NCBI GenBank assembly: GCA_964247055.1
Contig: OZ176058.1
Span: 1,612,001 to 1,676,000 of the forward strand
Direction of reading: 5' to 3'
Source of the DNA: Paragordius varius
Taxonomy: Eukaryota > Animalia > Nematomorpha
Length of the DNA: 64,000 nt
The notes below the pieces were generated by a model. The model searched no databases, was not told where the DNA came from, and saw only the letters and a list, made by a program, of their open reading frames with translations. This document shows positions 12,848 to 26,254 of this stretch, piece by piece. The position numbers and the translations under genes are program-made. How positions within the stretch are numbered: position 1 is the stretch's first letter; each line of letters opens with the position of its first letter.

Positions 12848-13545
12848 CTGTAATTGCGTTTCTTGCATGTAACTTGATTTTTTGATCGAAAAATTTCCAC
12901 AAGGCTTATTTTCTTATGATTTAGGAAAGAAAAAATGTGTTTATATGATATTTAAAAGAAAATAATCCATATATAAATAATATAATTAAAAATTGTAAAA
13001 TTAAAAAATGAAAAAATTAAAAAAAATGGCCTATGTCATTTTTTACGTGGTAACTCATGACCCTAGGTCATTAACTAATGGGCACAACCTTAGCTATATA
13101 TAAAAGGTTTTTAAATATAAATGTTAAATAATATTGTCTTTTTGGTTTTGTTTTATGCGTAAAATTCCATTTTTTTACTGTAAACATTTTTTTGATATAT
13201 TTTACCTAATATTATTAGATTTCATGATTATACTTAATACAGCAATGATATTAAACTTTAATACAATGTAAAATATATAATTAATCTAATTTAATATGAT
13301 GGGTATAATACGACAGTATTAAGATGGCAGATTATATTACGTTGGTTGTGTCTTTTGCGCCGTGATGGGAAAATATAAATATTAAATTAATTAAGTTTAC
13401 CCTAATACAATAGGTATTAACCATAATTGTTATCCACATTTTATTTTGTACTAATAAAGGCATTTGAATTAACAAATATCAATATTTTTTTTAGCTTTCA
13501 AGCGTTAGTCATCATCTATTTTTGTAAATTAAATTTTTGGCTATA
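10070..13545 (+). repeat. Segmental duplication of about 3.5 kb, paralogous to 59940-63508
   Basis: Colinear throughout; visibly more similar in the distal 2.3 kb than in the proximal 1.1 kb. Confidence 0.95.
11455..13092 (-). mobile_element. Decayed hAT transposon (DUF659-type transposase relic)
   Basis: TAGAGTTG / CAACCTTA termini flanked by (g)ctatata. Frameshifted minus-strand protein PNR*HISNELLDLCYEDIK...IVDSFTN...TAEYI...IPASSNAVERNF (hAT dimerisation motif). An empty-site paralog lies at about 57915-57935. Confidence 0.8.
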
Positions 13546-14094
13546 AATATATATATATTGTGAATAATTATTTTATTCATCAAAGGAGAGTTATATCTAG
13601 CTTTTCTTAATTATTACACTAGAAAACAAATTTTTCTGCCACTCGAGTTTTTTACATTATATGATATTTATTATTTGAACGGTAAATCTGAAATAAAAAT
13701 TATAATTACACCTAAGAATTTTATAATTTGATTTTTTGATTATTCGCCCTTTTATCAAAATTTTACTAAATGTTACTTTTAAATATCCAACAAATGCCCG
13801 TTAGTAAAATATCATTCGAAAGAGTAAAGTGTTTATATATTAATATATTAATAAAACTAATGGATGAAAATAGCTCAAACTTTGTCTAGATGGCAATGAA
13901 AGCCCAAAAAAGATAATATAACAAGTTTTTTGATTAAAACACTTTATTGCTTTTATGTCTTCAAAACAGCTATTTTTAAGTTTTTTGTTTATTAAAAAAT
14001 TTCTCAGCAAATTAATTTATTTCCTTAGGTGGTTCATAATTTCAAAGACTTAAAACAAAGTTTAAGGTATTTTAATTTTTCAAACGATTATGTA

Positions 14095-15145
14095 CAGTCA
14101 TGAATCTTTTATTTTGGTAAAAATATATTTTTTTTGTTCAATGTGTTTTTTATTTGTTAAAGAAAAGAGCCCAATGGTATAACTATATACCATATCATAT
14201 TCATCAAAATGGTAAAAGAATAGTGGGGAAGGGCGTCGGAAATCTCAGGTAAAAAAATAAATACATTAACAACAAACCCTTAATCTTAATTGTTAAAGGG
14301 GAATGGAAATAAATTTTTCGCTATATTTTTTCAGCAAAATTTTATTACTTTTTTCGAAAAAAAATAAACAAAACAAATAAACCACATAACAATTAATTGT
14401 GATATATAGATAAAATACAATAACTTTAACAATTCGATATAAATTGGGGTATCTACCCAAGACTAATTTTGAGTTAGGATTTTTAAAAAACTACTGAAAG
14501 AAACGGTCCCAATTTAATTTTATGCTTCTATTTTAATAAAAATTATATAAATATGCCAACATATCCAAATAAAATTTTGTTTTGAAAAATAAATTCCATG
14601 TCAAACTACTTCGACGCCATTTTTTTAGATAATTTTTGCAAAATATCGCCTTCTTAAAGCTAATTTTTTATTTAAATTACATTTAATTTGATAGAAATAG
14701 AAAAAGCGGTTTATTTTAAATTATTTATCAATTTTACCATTGCACACGTGTCACGTTGGAATTTTACCTTTCGTATAAAATAAGTATTATCAAGTATTTT
14801 TGAATAAAATTTATATATTTCGGTTTATTAATGTTATATAAGTGCAAAACTTTGCCATGATTTTGCTTTTTCCACACTTTTTAAAGAATTTAATTTTACA
14901 CAGGCCTGGGGTATTTAAATACCACAATTTGAATTGAGGGACTAAAATGAATGTGTTGTATCCAAGTGTTAAGTGAAGGGTTAGTTGTTAGTGGTTTTTA
15001 TTTTTTTACTAAAAATTCCCGACGCCCTTCCCCACTTCTTTTATTTTTTTTGATGTGATATGGTTAATACCGTTGGTCTCTTTTTAACAAATAAAAATAC
15101 ACAATTAAAAAAAGAATTATTGTCAGAATGAAAGATTCATGACTG
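14095..15145. mobile_element. Tc1/mariner-type non-autonomous element, 1051 bp, with TIRs of about 200 bp
   Basis: TA|CAGTCATGAATCTTT ... AAAGATTCATGACTG|TA. The long imperfect TIRs include ggggaagggcgtcgg. The interior holds a fragment of the 3770-4320 repeat family. Confidence 0.9.
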
Positions 15146-17263
15146 TAATAAATTTCCAGTTATTACTATACATTTTAGTAACAACTCGGTAAAATACTTT
15201 TGATAATAATAATTTTTTATGTAATGAGCAAACCAGAGGCTGTTTTAAATTTTTAAATTTTTTCATTAATGTAACCATAATAATTATATTTAAGATATTA
15301 TGTCAGATTTAAATTATTTTGTCTGTGAATGAAGTTAGAGTTTTTCGCGCTCTTTCGAATGGTAAAAAATCCATGGCTCTATGTTAAAAACATTTAATTT
15401 TGAAAATTTCAACTTTAATGTTAAATCGGGAATATTTATCGATCCCTAATCAAGAAATTCTTAGGTTGTAAATCGTTTTTTTCTTGTACTATTTATGTAC
15501 TTCAATGAAATAAATTTAAAATTTACAAGGCAGTTGAAAAAATGTGCCAGTTTTGTAACATGTTACATAATTGTAATTGGAGTGTTGATTTAATACACTT
15601 CGATTCAAATTGGTATATAGACCTCAGTGTTTAAGTTGATATTAAAAAAATACTGAAAGAAACGTTTAAAAATCAATTGTTCTAATACAAATTATAAAAA
15701 CAAGCCAAATAAACTTGGTTTTAAAAGTAAGTACTTCGACGCCATTTTTATTTTACCACACACAAATATTGTGTTTATTTGATTCTAGCGCTGAAGTTTT
15801 GGCTAATATATATTAAATCATATCTAACGTTGATTTAACCGAAAAAGTGGTTCAAATTGCATTATTTATATTTAGAGCTAATGCATAAATGCTGACAAAA
15901 TAGGTTAAATCAAATTTTTGTAAATAAACCTTCATCTAACATTTTTAGAAAAGATAAAGTGGTTTATTTTGCATTATTTTTCAATTTACCAATGCACACG
16001 TCCGGTTGACTAAACTGTTACCTTTGGGTTTTACCATAAAATAATTAGTATCAAGTATTTAATGAATTTTTTTTATATATTCCGATATATCAATGCTTTA
16101 TAAGTGAAAATTTGCCATCGTTTTGATTAATTCCATATTTTAAAACGTATTTAATGAATAGCTTTGAGATATCCACCTACCCCAATTCGAATCGAAGGAC
16201 TGAAATGAATGTGTTGTATTCAAGTTTTTAGATGTGTGAGTGTCCGTAAATTGACAACACGTTTGCGACGTAATAAATATATTTGATAGTACTCTATGTG
16301 TGATATAGATTTCGGGCTTTAGAGTTAATTAAGAAAAATATTTGCACTTTGGTAATTGCTCCATGGATAATTTTGGCACATATTGCTAACTTAAAATCTG
16401 GTAAAAGTTAGGCTAGATGCTTCCATCTAAACCGCAAGTCTTAAATTTTAGATCTCATTTAAAGCGATTATTTTTCAAAAAATTTAAATATTCTGACCTA
16501 ATATTAATTATTATATGCTAAATTTGACAAAAAATATTTTTGAAAAATGCCATTGTTTCAGAATTCAATTATTTAATTATTGAAGCGTATTTTATGGTTT
16601 TTAGTTTAATAGAAAGAGCATAAAAATTTTCGAAACACTATATATCGATTTACGATGATGCTTAACATTTCTAACACCTCTTTTGATTTAATTCACTGTA
16701 GTTAATGTAAAATATTAGAATATTTGTAAAAATCTTACTTAAATTTGAAGACGAAGCAAATTGAGGTATGGATATTTAGCGTCACTGTTAGTTGATATTT
16801 ATTTTACATCGTATTGTGCAGTATATATATATAATATATATTATATATGGATATTAAAAAGTTGTTTTGTTAAAACTATAGGTTGTTTCTTTTGTGCTTC
16901 TAAAGATTGTTTTAAAAGGCCTAAATCATATTTTTTCCGATATTGGTAGGCTTAACCATTCTGGTGCTCTTTTAATAAAGTTATTACATTTTATATTTTT
17001 GTAAAATTAGTTAGTCTCAGTGTTATCTAAATCACCAAAATGTATTGCCAATGATATCAAATATGTGATTATTAGGTATTACGAATATCGCCGTCTAGTT
17101 CAGCTTATATCTATCACATATTTTACATTATCTTTTGCAAGAAAAACTTGTTATTTGTTTAAAATGTATGTAAAAAAATTGTTGAGATAAGATTACAACA
17201 AAGTATAAATTAGTGTAGGAAATAATGTTTTAACACCTTTGAATTTTTATTATATTTTACAAT

Positions 17264-18685
17264 ATGCGTTTTGTCATACCATTCGCTCTACTTATCGTTA
17301 GCGGTAAGTCATTAAATAAATTTTTTATATATACCATTTACAGTTCAAATTCACCCTTAAACAATTCAAATTCACCCTTGAATTCAACACCCTTGAACAA
17401 TTCAAATTCACCTTCGAACAATTCAAATTCACCCTAAAATACATTATGTGTTAAGATTATATATTACCTATATTTTTTATATTTATTAAAAAAGAAATTT
17501 TGTATGTAATCAAAATAATACTGAAAAAATAATAAACTTTGCCATAAAAATATATTTAATTTTAATGATGAGTTATATTAGACCGAAGTTTCATAATTTA
17601 TTTTTAGGGTGAATTATTCGAGTGATTCAAGGGTGAATTTAAATTGTTCAAGGGTGAATTTAAATTGTTTAAGGGTGAATTTGAACTGTAAATGGTATAT
17701 ATATTTCAAATTATAAAGACAAAACGTTAAAATTTAAACTATATATTTTTTCGACCATATTTTTTAACCAATTGTTTTGGGTTGAAAAATTAACACACTT
17801 AAATGTATATATATAACGATTGTGATCATATGATTATATAGAAAAAAACACGGAAAAAAAGTTTTTTACAAATATATACTGATATTTTAATTACGAGAAT
17901 ATCACAGTTAAAATTGCAAATAAACAATAAAAGGCAAATAAAATTTATTTTAACCTATCCTTTTGGATTACTTATAGGGAAAAAATAGCTAATTGTCAAT
18001 TACCCCATCATATATTTCGAAATCCTAACATTCAGATTATAAGATATCATCATTTTAAAAAGTATAATTGATTCTCAATTTAAAAGTTATCTTATAGTTG
18101 ATAAGTTTTTATTATAATTATTACTCTCTCTATTTATATCATTTACAATTCATCACCGTTAAACAATTCACCCTTGAACAATTCAAATTTACCCCTCGAA
18201 CGATTGAAATTCACCCTCAAATATATATGTTTTTTAAGATTAAATTTACCTATATTTTTATATATATTTAAAAAATAAAATTTTGCTAATACTGAAAAAA
18301 TATGCGACTATTTATTTCATAATAATAATGAGTTATATTGGCTCGAAAACACATAATTTATTTTTAGGGTGAATTTAAATCGTTAGAGGGTGAATTTGAA
18401 TCGTTAGAGGGTGAATTTGAAATTTGAAGGCTATATAATTATATATATTTTTTTATATTTTTAGTTTTCCTCGCTAATGTTAGTTCATTAGATGAGATAT
18501 GTCATTTGCAACCAGAAGCTGGCCCATGTAAAGCAATCATTTGGAAATATTATTTCAATATTAATAAAATCAAATGTCTAAAATTTGATTATGGAGGCTA
18601 TTTAGGCAATGCTAATAATTTTGCCACCCTAAAAGAATGTCGCAAAATTTGTAATTTTACCAATTATGATGAGGTTTATGGATGA
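17264..18685 (+). CDS. Secreted single-domain Kunitz/BPTI protease inhibitor, 86 aa, two exons (17264-17303 and 18465-18685)
   Basis: MRFVIPFALLIVS G|gtaagt ... ttttag|TT gives MRFVIPFALLIVSVFLANVSSLDEICHLQPEAGPCKAIIWKYYFNINKIKCLKFDYGGYLGNANNFATLKECRKICNFTNYDEVYG*. Canonical C-x8-C-x15-C-x7-[Y]-x12-C-x3-C spacing; P1 is Lys. Missed by the ORF track. Confidence 0.92.
17332..17697. mobile_element. MITE with subterminal 20-nt tandem repeats (TTCAAATTCACCCTTGAACAA-like), in the Kunitz intron
   Basis: TACCATTTACAGTTCAAATTCACCC ... GGGTGAATTTGAACTGTAAATGGTA in a TA-rich context; a sister copy lies at 58208-58559. Confidence 0.9.
18138..18425. mobile_element. Degenerate second copy of the same MITE, just upstream of the Kunitz acceptor
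   Basis: aattcacccttgaacaattc and agggtgaatttgaa inverted arrays; the internal spacer is similar to 17450-17600. Confidence 0.8.
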
Positions 18686-19789
18686 ATGGGCCAATATCAT
18701 AAAAACTATGTTGTTACCACAGAAGAAACTCCAAATGAATATTTTTTGTAAATAATACAGTATATGAGTAAATTAATTAGTAAAAATTTTAAAAACATAA
18801 TACAAATATTTTTTCTTAAAAGACTGTTGTACCTTTTTTAAACTTATTATAATTACAACCATTGATTAAATTCAAAGTATGAAATTATACAGAATCAATT
18901 ATATTGTTCTCATAATTAAATAATAAGGAGGATGGTTTAAATATGGATGATTTTTGAAATAAACGTCTTTATATTTGTTAATTTTGTCTGTATAATTTCA
19001 CAACTGTATATATTTGTTGGTAGTTTTTTTAAAAAAAATTCAGATATAGATTTAAAGTAATGAGCAGTATTATTGGTAAAGGCAAGAGGGAATATATAAC
19101 TTCTTAAGCCATAATTACTCTTTATTATAAATTTGATCTGGCAATATTAAATGAAAAGCTGACATATATTTTTAAACTCATATTTTAATTATAACTTAAA
19201 TCATTTGTATCCTAAATTTTTTAAAAATATACAATAATCAATGATGTGATTTTAGAGCCTATTCAATCTACATATGTCAAAACTATCAATATTGTTCTTT
19301 ATAATATTTACACTTTCATTATAACGTATTCCTTATAATCTAAAAAATAAATTTGCTCATATAATAATTTTACATTTATATTTAGTAAAAATATAACAAT
19401 AATTTATAATAAATATTTTCCCTAAGTTACAATCGGATTAAAAATCATAAATAAAATGTCTAAAACGAAAAACATACACATTTAGCAAAAATGGAAATTA
19501 TGAGAGTCACTAAATTTATTACTTGTATAAAATATTTTCGGAATAGAGCCTATAATATCATATTTAAAAATAATAAATAGTTATCTATTTTATCTAACAT
19601 TATGACTATAAGGTATTCATTATTATCTGATCAAATATATAATTTTATATAATAATTTTCATTTTATATTTTTAGTGTATGAAGAACTTCTCTAATAGAA
19701 GCTAATAAAAATGTAAAAATAATTTTATAATCTCAGGACAATCGGAATTTAAAAACATAAAATGCATAAATACGAAAATCATACACAAT

Positions 19790-20004
19790 CAGCAAAAATT
19801 GAAATTATACAGACAAAATGTAAACACTAAAATACAAATATTTTTTACAAAAGGCACCCCATACTTTTTAACCTTGATTTTTCCAATATAACACCGTTTC
19901 ATAATTAAAGTTGCGAAAAATACGGAAAATCAAGGTTAATAAAGCATGGCTGCCTTAAAAAAGTATTTGTCTACAGTTTTGTAAGGTAATTATATTTTTT
20001 ACTG
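19790..20004. mobile_element. MITE of a high-copy TA-flanked family (CAGTAAAAA..GAAATTATACGGAC termini)
   Basis: Inverted ends with the internal aaccatact / agtatggtt motif. Relatives at about 11090-11355, 45090-45362, 51925-52130, 55130-55387, 57505-57785 and 60950-61235. Confidence 0.7.
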
Positions 20005-21779
20005 TATATTGTCCCTGTACTAAGTAGTTTATTGCAGAGAAAACAATGTAATTTACTTGCTTTAGAAATGTTTAAATGGTACTTATAATGGAAATCTAAT
20101 CCAGCTAAAATATTTAAACAATCAACTTAATTTATGTTTACTAGCAATTCATTTTTTGGTGACGTTTTGTGCCTAAAGTGATGTATTACAATGTCTTACC
20201 CATTTCTAAAAAATTGAGTTAAATTTATAAATATGCCTTAAGTATTTTTTAAATGTATTTAAAAAATATCTATAAAAAATAATAAGAGTTCGTATTTAAA
20301 ACACATTTTTCGACATTAACTTATATTATAGATGTTAGAAAGAATAATGAAAGAATTATATGAAAATATTTGAGAACCATGGCAAAAGCTTAAATTAATT
20401 AATATACAGTAAAGATGAGATTATACTAAAAAAACTTAACAATAAATGACAAATATTTATTTGAAAAGTTTAAACCTTAATTTTTTCCACGCACGCAATT
20501 GAATATAATTTTAAGGATGTTACCAATTTACATCTCTAATCCTCATTTTACGACGTCACCGATGAGTAATATTCAAAAAAATTAAAAAAAATATGGTTGT
20601 TCATTTAATAATTTTAAATTATTCAACTAAATAGAAAAATGATTTAAAGCCAAAAATTGTAATTTCCATACGAAATTCTCTAGGCAGATTATATTGTCTC
20701 TCGATAGCTTTATTTTATTATAATTTAAATAAATAATCGCAAATAAGGATAAATTAAGTAAATTTATTTAATTGTATATTAATGTCCTAAATTTAATAAT
20801 CAAGAATTTTATTATTAGGTATCCTTTAATACATGATATAACCTGCCATCTCTTTATAAAATAGATCCAATTAGTATTACAATAGACAACAAATTTTGCC
20901 ACTTGAGTTTGTTTGCACTTTCTGATATTACTATCAATTTAACAGTAAAACTTAAATAAAATTATAATTTCATCTAAGAATTGAATAATTTTATTTTTTA
21001 TAATTATGCACCCTCTTATAAAAATATACAACAAATGCTCATTTTTAATATATCATAATGAGTAATGAAAACTCTATTAAATGAATAAAATAAATATGTT
21101 TTACATCGATAGTTAATATTGGAGATAGAAAGCGACCAACCAGCGAATCAAGAGCAGTTTTATTGATGAATATATTTTTAACACAAGAATTTTTTTGATT
21201 TAACACCAATTTATTGCCTTTATATCATTCAATACAGCCATGTTTAATTTTTTGTTTTTTTAAAATAACATCCATTCAATATTAAATATTAGAAGGCTTA
21301 CGAAATTTTAAAGACTAGAAATATAGTTTAAAATTGATATTTATAACCATTATGTAATATTATGGTTATAATTATGCATATTAGTAACCTCTAGGTAAAA
21401 TAAATATCATAATATTTTAAATAATATATTAAAAAGCTTTTTCAAAGATTTTTTATTAAATTTTATACTAATGTATATTTTGACATAAACCCCAAATAAC
21501 TGTTACATTAGATTGGTTTAAATGACTAAAAAAACTCATTCTTTAGCGCTATTTTGAATGATATAAAAATACATGGCTCCATATCTTTTAAATTTTGAGT
21601 TTAATGTTAAATCCGAGCGATAAATTTTGATAAACCATAAAAAAAAATTCTTATATACTATTTATATACTTTAATGAAAAATAAAAAAGATGACACTTGA
21701 AGGTCAAAATTTGTTGTCGTGTTTTAATAAATCAATTATAGCGCACTTTCTGTTACAAAAGTCAATGAAAACAGGGACC

Positions 21780-22450
21780 AATGTTTTTTTAAATAGAAAA
21801 TGGCCGGTTTTAATTTGTTTTGTCGTCCGTTTCTAGTTTGGGTTCATTTCTCCTACACCTTCGAATTTAAGGTTTGAGTTTTGTTGTGTGTATATATATC
21901 GTCCGATCTTTAATTAAGGCTAAAATATTATATGTTTTGTTTTTGCAAAAACTAAGACAGCCAAAAATTTAATCAATGATTCTAAAAATTGTTTTAATTC
22001 GATCCAAGAGGTATATGATAGAGTGACTTAAGAGTAAACAGAGAGGCCGAAAGACATTTCTAATACTAGATAAATGGAGAAAATAAGTAAATAACATCAA
22101 AATGAAATACTATGTTTGTAGATTTGACCGAATATTCAAGCCCAAGAGAGGAATAATCTATCACCTCCTAATCTTTTAGATCAATATGATCTAATTCAAT
22201 CTGACTATACCCGCCAAGCTTTTACAAAGCATGTATGGTATGCCAAAATGAAGCCCTAAATTCCGTAACATTTTCTTTACAATATGATCTAATTCAACCT
22301 GATCATACCCGATAAAAGGCCGAGAGCTCTTACAAAGCATGTATGGTGTGCCAAAATGAAACCCTAAACTCCGTAATATTTTCTTTACGTCTGTCAGCTG
22401 TGCGCAGGCGAATTTTATAAGTTTTACATGTATAGTCGTTTTAATATAAT
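21780..22450 (-). pseudogene. Degenerate retroviral-type (rve) integrase fragment (Ginger/Gypsy/Maverick-like), with an internal tandem duplication of about 105 bp
   Basis: Frameshifted motifs in integrase order: RPFIGYDQVELDHIDL, YFILML, RPL, IF...IFGC, EGVGEMN. Paralog at 32370-32790. Confidence 0.5.
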
Positions 22451-23966
22451 AAAAAAGTAAAACTCTAAACATTGTATCTAATATAGGGATGACCAATAAA
22501 CCGAAGTATAGACTGAATTTTAAAAAAATATTTTTAGCTTTTTTATTTTTTTAATTCCTACAATTATATATTGATATGGCTTTTGCCTGCTATTATACGT
22601 TGCTATATTAAAATATTGATTTAATTTTTTTCATGAAACCTCCATTTTTATCGTTATATCCGTGATGCCTTATCTGTATTATATAAATATGTTTATAGCA
22701 TCCAAGAAGCAGAGATTGAGTTTTAAATGGCCATCTTCTGATGTAGAATAATGAGTTTTAAATTAAACGTTTAAATAAAAACATTATACTATTTTGAACG
22801 TTTTCGTTTTCAATTAAATACGGCAGTAATACTGTAAAATAGGCAGGAAAAAATTTAAAACTTAGTTAAATGTTGTTTATTACCATGCTCTACTGAAATT
22901 AGGTATTATTTAAAAGAGCGCTCATAAGACGGGTGGATATAATAAAAAATTAAAAATATAATAAAAATGTTATAAAGTATGATACAATTAAGTGATCATA
23001 TCACAATTTGCATTTATTAAAAATCAAATTAATAGCCAAAAATTACATATCCTAAGAAATGTTGTACGCAGACGACCTGTCCATTTTTAACGATAAATAT
23101 GTTAAATTATATATTAATTTATTTGAGATAATTCGAAAATGGGAACTTTTAAAAAATTATATTTAAAAGCCAATAATTCTCAAACGTTCACAGTAAATAT
23201 TTTTAAAATTCTATTTACAAAAATCATTTAATTATAACCCACTATCTATATATTGATAGTGACCCATAATAAATTTTTTTGTCATTTATTTTTTAAATAT
23301 TAGATAATGATATTTCTCAGCAAATCTGTCATTACCGTTACAAAAATTAAAATTAAATATACGAAAATGATAATATTTTTCTTTAAGGGTAAAAACACAT
23401 TTATTTTCTATAAAAAATTTTGTTTTAAACATTTATATTATATTTTTCTTTAACGATCATGAGAGCCGATATAATACAATAATAATGTTAGGAAAATGCC
23501 TGTATTAAACGTCCATATAATTTTGGATTATAAATGAATTTTCCATCTTTATATCATATTTGGTTTCAAAATTTTAAATTATTTTGGATGATATTTATCT
23601 AGTAATATAAATGCCAACCTATTATTATAATGTTGATATGAATATGTTTACGGTAATAAGAAAGTTTTTAGATACCCAGTCCGAGAAAATAAATATAGTG
23701 CAAAAATTAATAAAAAGTATGATGTTCAACACAAATATTTTCTCGGCTGCGTAGATTTTTTGGTTTATTATTTTGTTTGTGCCCAATTTTAGATGACATA
23801 TTTTTTAAACAATTTTAAATTTTTGATTGATATCCAATTTTAATTTTTCTAACATTTGTTAAAGCATTTTTGCGTACCGAAAAGCGTGTTGAACACCCCT
23901 CTTTTAATTCACATACTTATAATTTGGATCCATTAAAAATATATAATTTACCGCATTCATTTAAAT

Positions 23967-26254
23967 CAGAGGTACTCACCAAAAATATTTGACGGGCCAA
24001 ATAAAATATATTTTTTTTTCAAGGGCCATGAACCTTATAATGGCAAATCCATAGCTATTTGATAATGCACATATTTATACTTAATATCAGCACTATTTTT
24101 GCTGATGTAATCTAAAAACTCGTTTTGCACCATTTAGTTTAAAAATATTTTGATAACAACATTATTTTTGATAATAACCGATAATTTTTAACAAATTTGG
24201 TTTCGCCTCATGACAGGCCAATCTTAATACGTCGTCCATATGATCATTTAAGCGATTTTTGTATGTATTCTTGATATGCCGTCTCAAACGTGTAAGTTAG
24301 GGGAAAAACAGTTAGGATAACTTGAGCACATTTTTTTATATCATATTTATTTGGCACATGTTGCAAAAACTCTGCATATCTTTTTTCTCTACGATTCTCT
24401 TTGAATATAGACTCCAAATTGGAATCTTTATAATCCAACAATTCTCCAATGATATGCGCCTGATAAAAACCGAAATGCTCAAGTTGTTTAATATTGGATA
24501 TATCCATATGCCATGGATTTACGAGTTTTAAGCAATTTTTAATATTCCTTTATTCTTGAAATCAGAATTTCATCTCATTAGATAAAAATGTTAAATGATT
24601 GTCTATTATTAACTTAATCTCTGCGGTAAATTTTATATTCTCTTTATGAATTGTTTTAAATGTTGGAAAATATAGGAGTGTTTTATTTATAAAATATTGT
24701 TTATATTTAATTAATTTTTCTTCAGCAAATATTTGATTATATTTTGTTATTATTTTGCTCCCGAAGTGTATTTAAGATACTAAGTTTATAAGAAATGTCA
24801 CAAAGGTAGGTAACCCACATTTGTCACTTTTAATCTCCTCATCAAACTCTCTGTTTTATAAATAATATTAAAAAATCTATTTAGCTAAAGCTTAACCATC
24901 TCACACCGGTGTACATAAGAATATCATCAAACTTAATGGGGATATCTTTTAAAAGGTTTTTGAATTTACGGCGGTTGAATTCTCTACCCCTGTGGTTTTT
25001 AAAGCAGTGAAAGGATAAAATATTTTGCAAATTATATTTGTTTTTCAAAAGAGGAATAAATCCTTTGTTTATTCCAATCATAGAGGGACAGCTATCCGTG
25101 CAGATCACAACCTATTTTTTTATAGATATATCATTATTATAGAAAAGAGTGCTAATTATTTCGAGAAAATCACTCTCTTTCGTCGTATTTATTGGAAATC
25201 TCACATGAGCGCACACTGAGGAGCTGAACTAATATCAGTGTTACAATCAATAGCAATACTAAAATATTTGCAGTTTTTAGAGCCAATAATGGATTGTAAA
25301 TATATTTTGAGATATCCTCAATGCGTCGAGTACATGTTGAATCAGAAAGTTGAATTTTTTTAATTTGCCTCATGATCTGATCTTACTTTATCAAGAGAAA
25401 AAAAAGGAACCATTTATTAGACATTCTTTTATTAGTTGGCAATCAGTAAACGGTTTCATAATTTTTCCTAAAATATAGCAAATTCTTCTGAGAGAAAGCT
25501 ATGGATATAATAGATATTTCTTCCTGGTATACTTCCTTAATTTTTTTATATTTCTCGTTTCTTTACACATTTTCTCGTAATTTGTGAGAATGATGGATTG
25601 TAAAATGTTTTTCAATATTGTATTTTAATTATGTTGTCCTTACATATAAGGCAGGTAACAACATTTTTATTTAAAACGACAAAGAATTTTTCTTCCCATT
25701 CTTTTTTAGAGGAGCGATTTTCATTGGATAATTTACGTTTTTTGGCATTAGATGTCATCCTTTAAATTATGTTAAAATATTATGGTATTTTTTCAAAAAA
25801 TTGTATATAATTTGCATTATGCTATAAAAAATAGGTCGAAATTAATTGATGTTGATTTGAAAAATATTTTATGGGAATAAGTTATATAAAATGATGTAGG
25901 ATAGCTATGAAAAGATGTATATGCAAGTTTGGGTGAAAAGCTTGCTTAAATACAAAAAAGGAATGGAACAATTTCAAAATAGAAAAGAAAATAGAATGCA
26001 GAAACAAAAACAACGTGTGCTAAAATTTTGAAAACATCTTAATAAATCTTTCTACATTTCAAATTGGTTAAAATTAAATTACCAAAATTTAATCTAAATA
26101 AAATAAATTAATATTGAAATAAGCGAAAATCCGATTATGTGTTTTAAACATTCATCAATAAAAAAATAATTTAAGTATCAATATGGTCATAGGGCAATTT
26201 TAAAGCACTCTCAGGGCCGCATGCGGCCCGCGGGCCGCGGTTTGAGTATCACCG
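23967..26254 (-). mobile_element. hAT transposon (SPIN/GTF2IRD2-like transposase), internally deleted and frameshifted
   Basis: CAGAGGTACTCA / TGAGTATCACCG termini with a perfect 8-bp TSD ATTTAAAT. Protein fragments: MTSNAKKRKLSNENRSSKKEWEEKFF...CLICK (ATG 25758), LSDSTCTRRIEDIS, ICTDSCPSMIG, VRWLS and a C-terminal dimerisation relic. Empty-site paralog at about 28045-28066. Confidence 0.95.

Noticed and set aside
21820-21865. FEGVGEMNP on the minus strand resembles the gyrase/topo II KGLGEMNP motif
   Set aside because: The flanks do not match GyrB, and the position fits the integrase G.VERMN motif of the surrounding relic better.
23058-23095. MLYADDLSIF, a reverse-transcriptase-like YADD motif (paralog FSDDLSI at about 33405)
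   Set aside because: It is an isolated motif with no other RT blocks, on the opposite strand to the nearby integrase relic; it may be chance.
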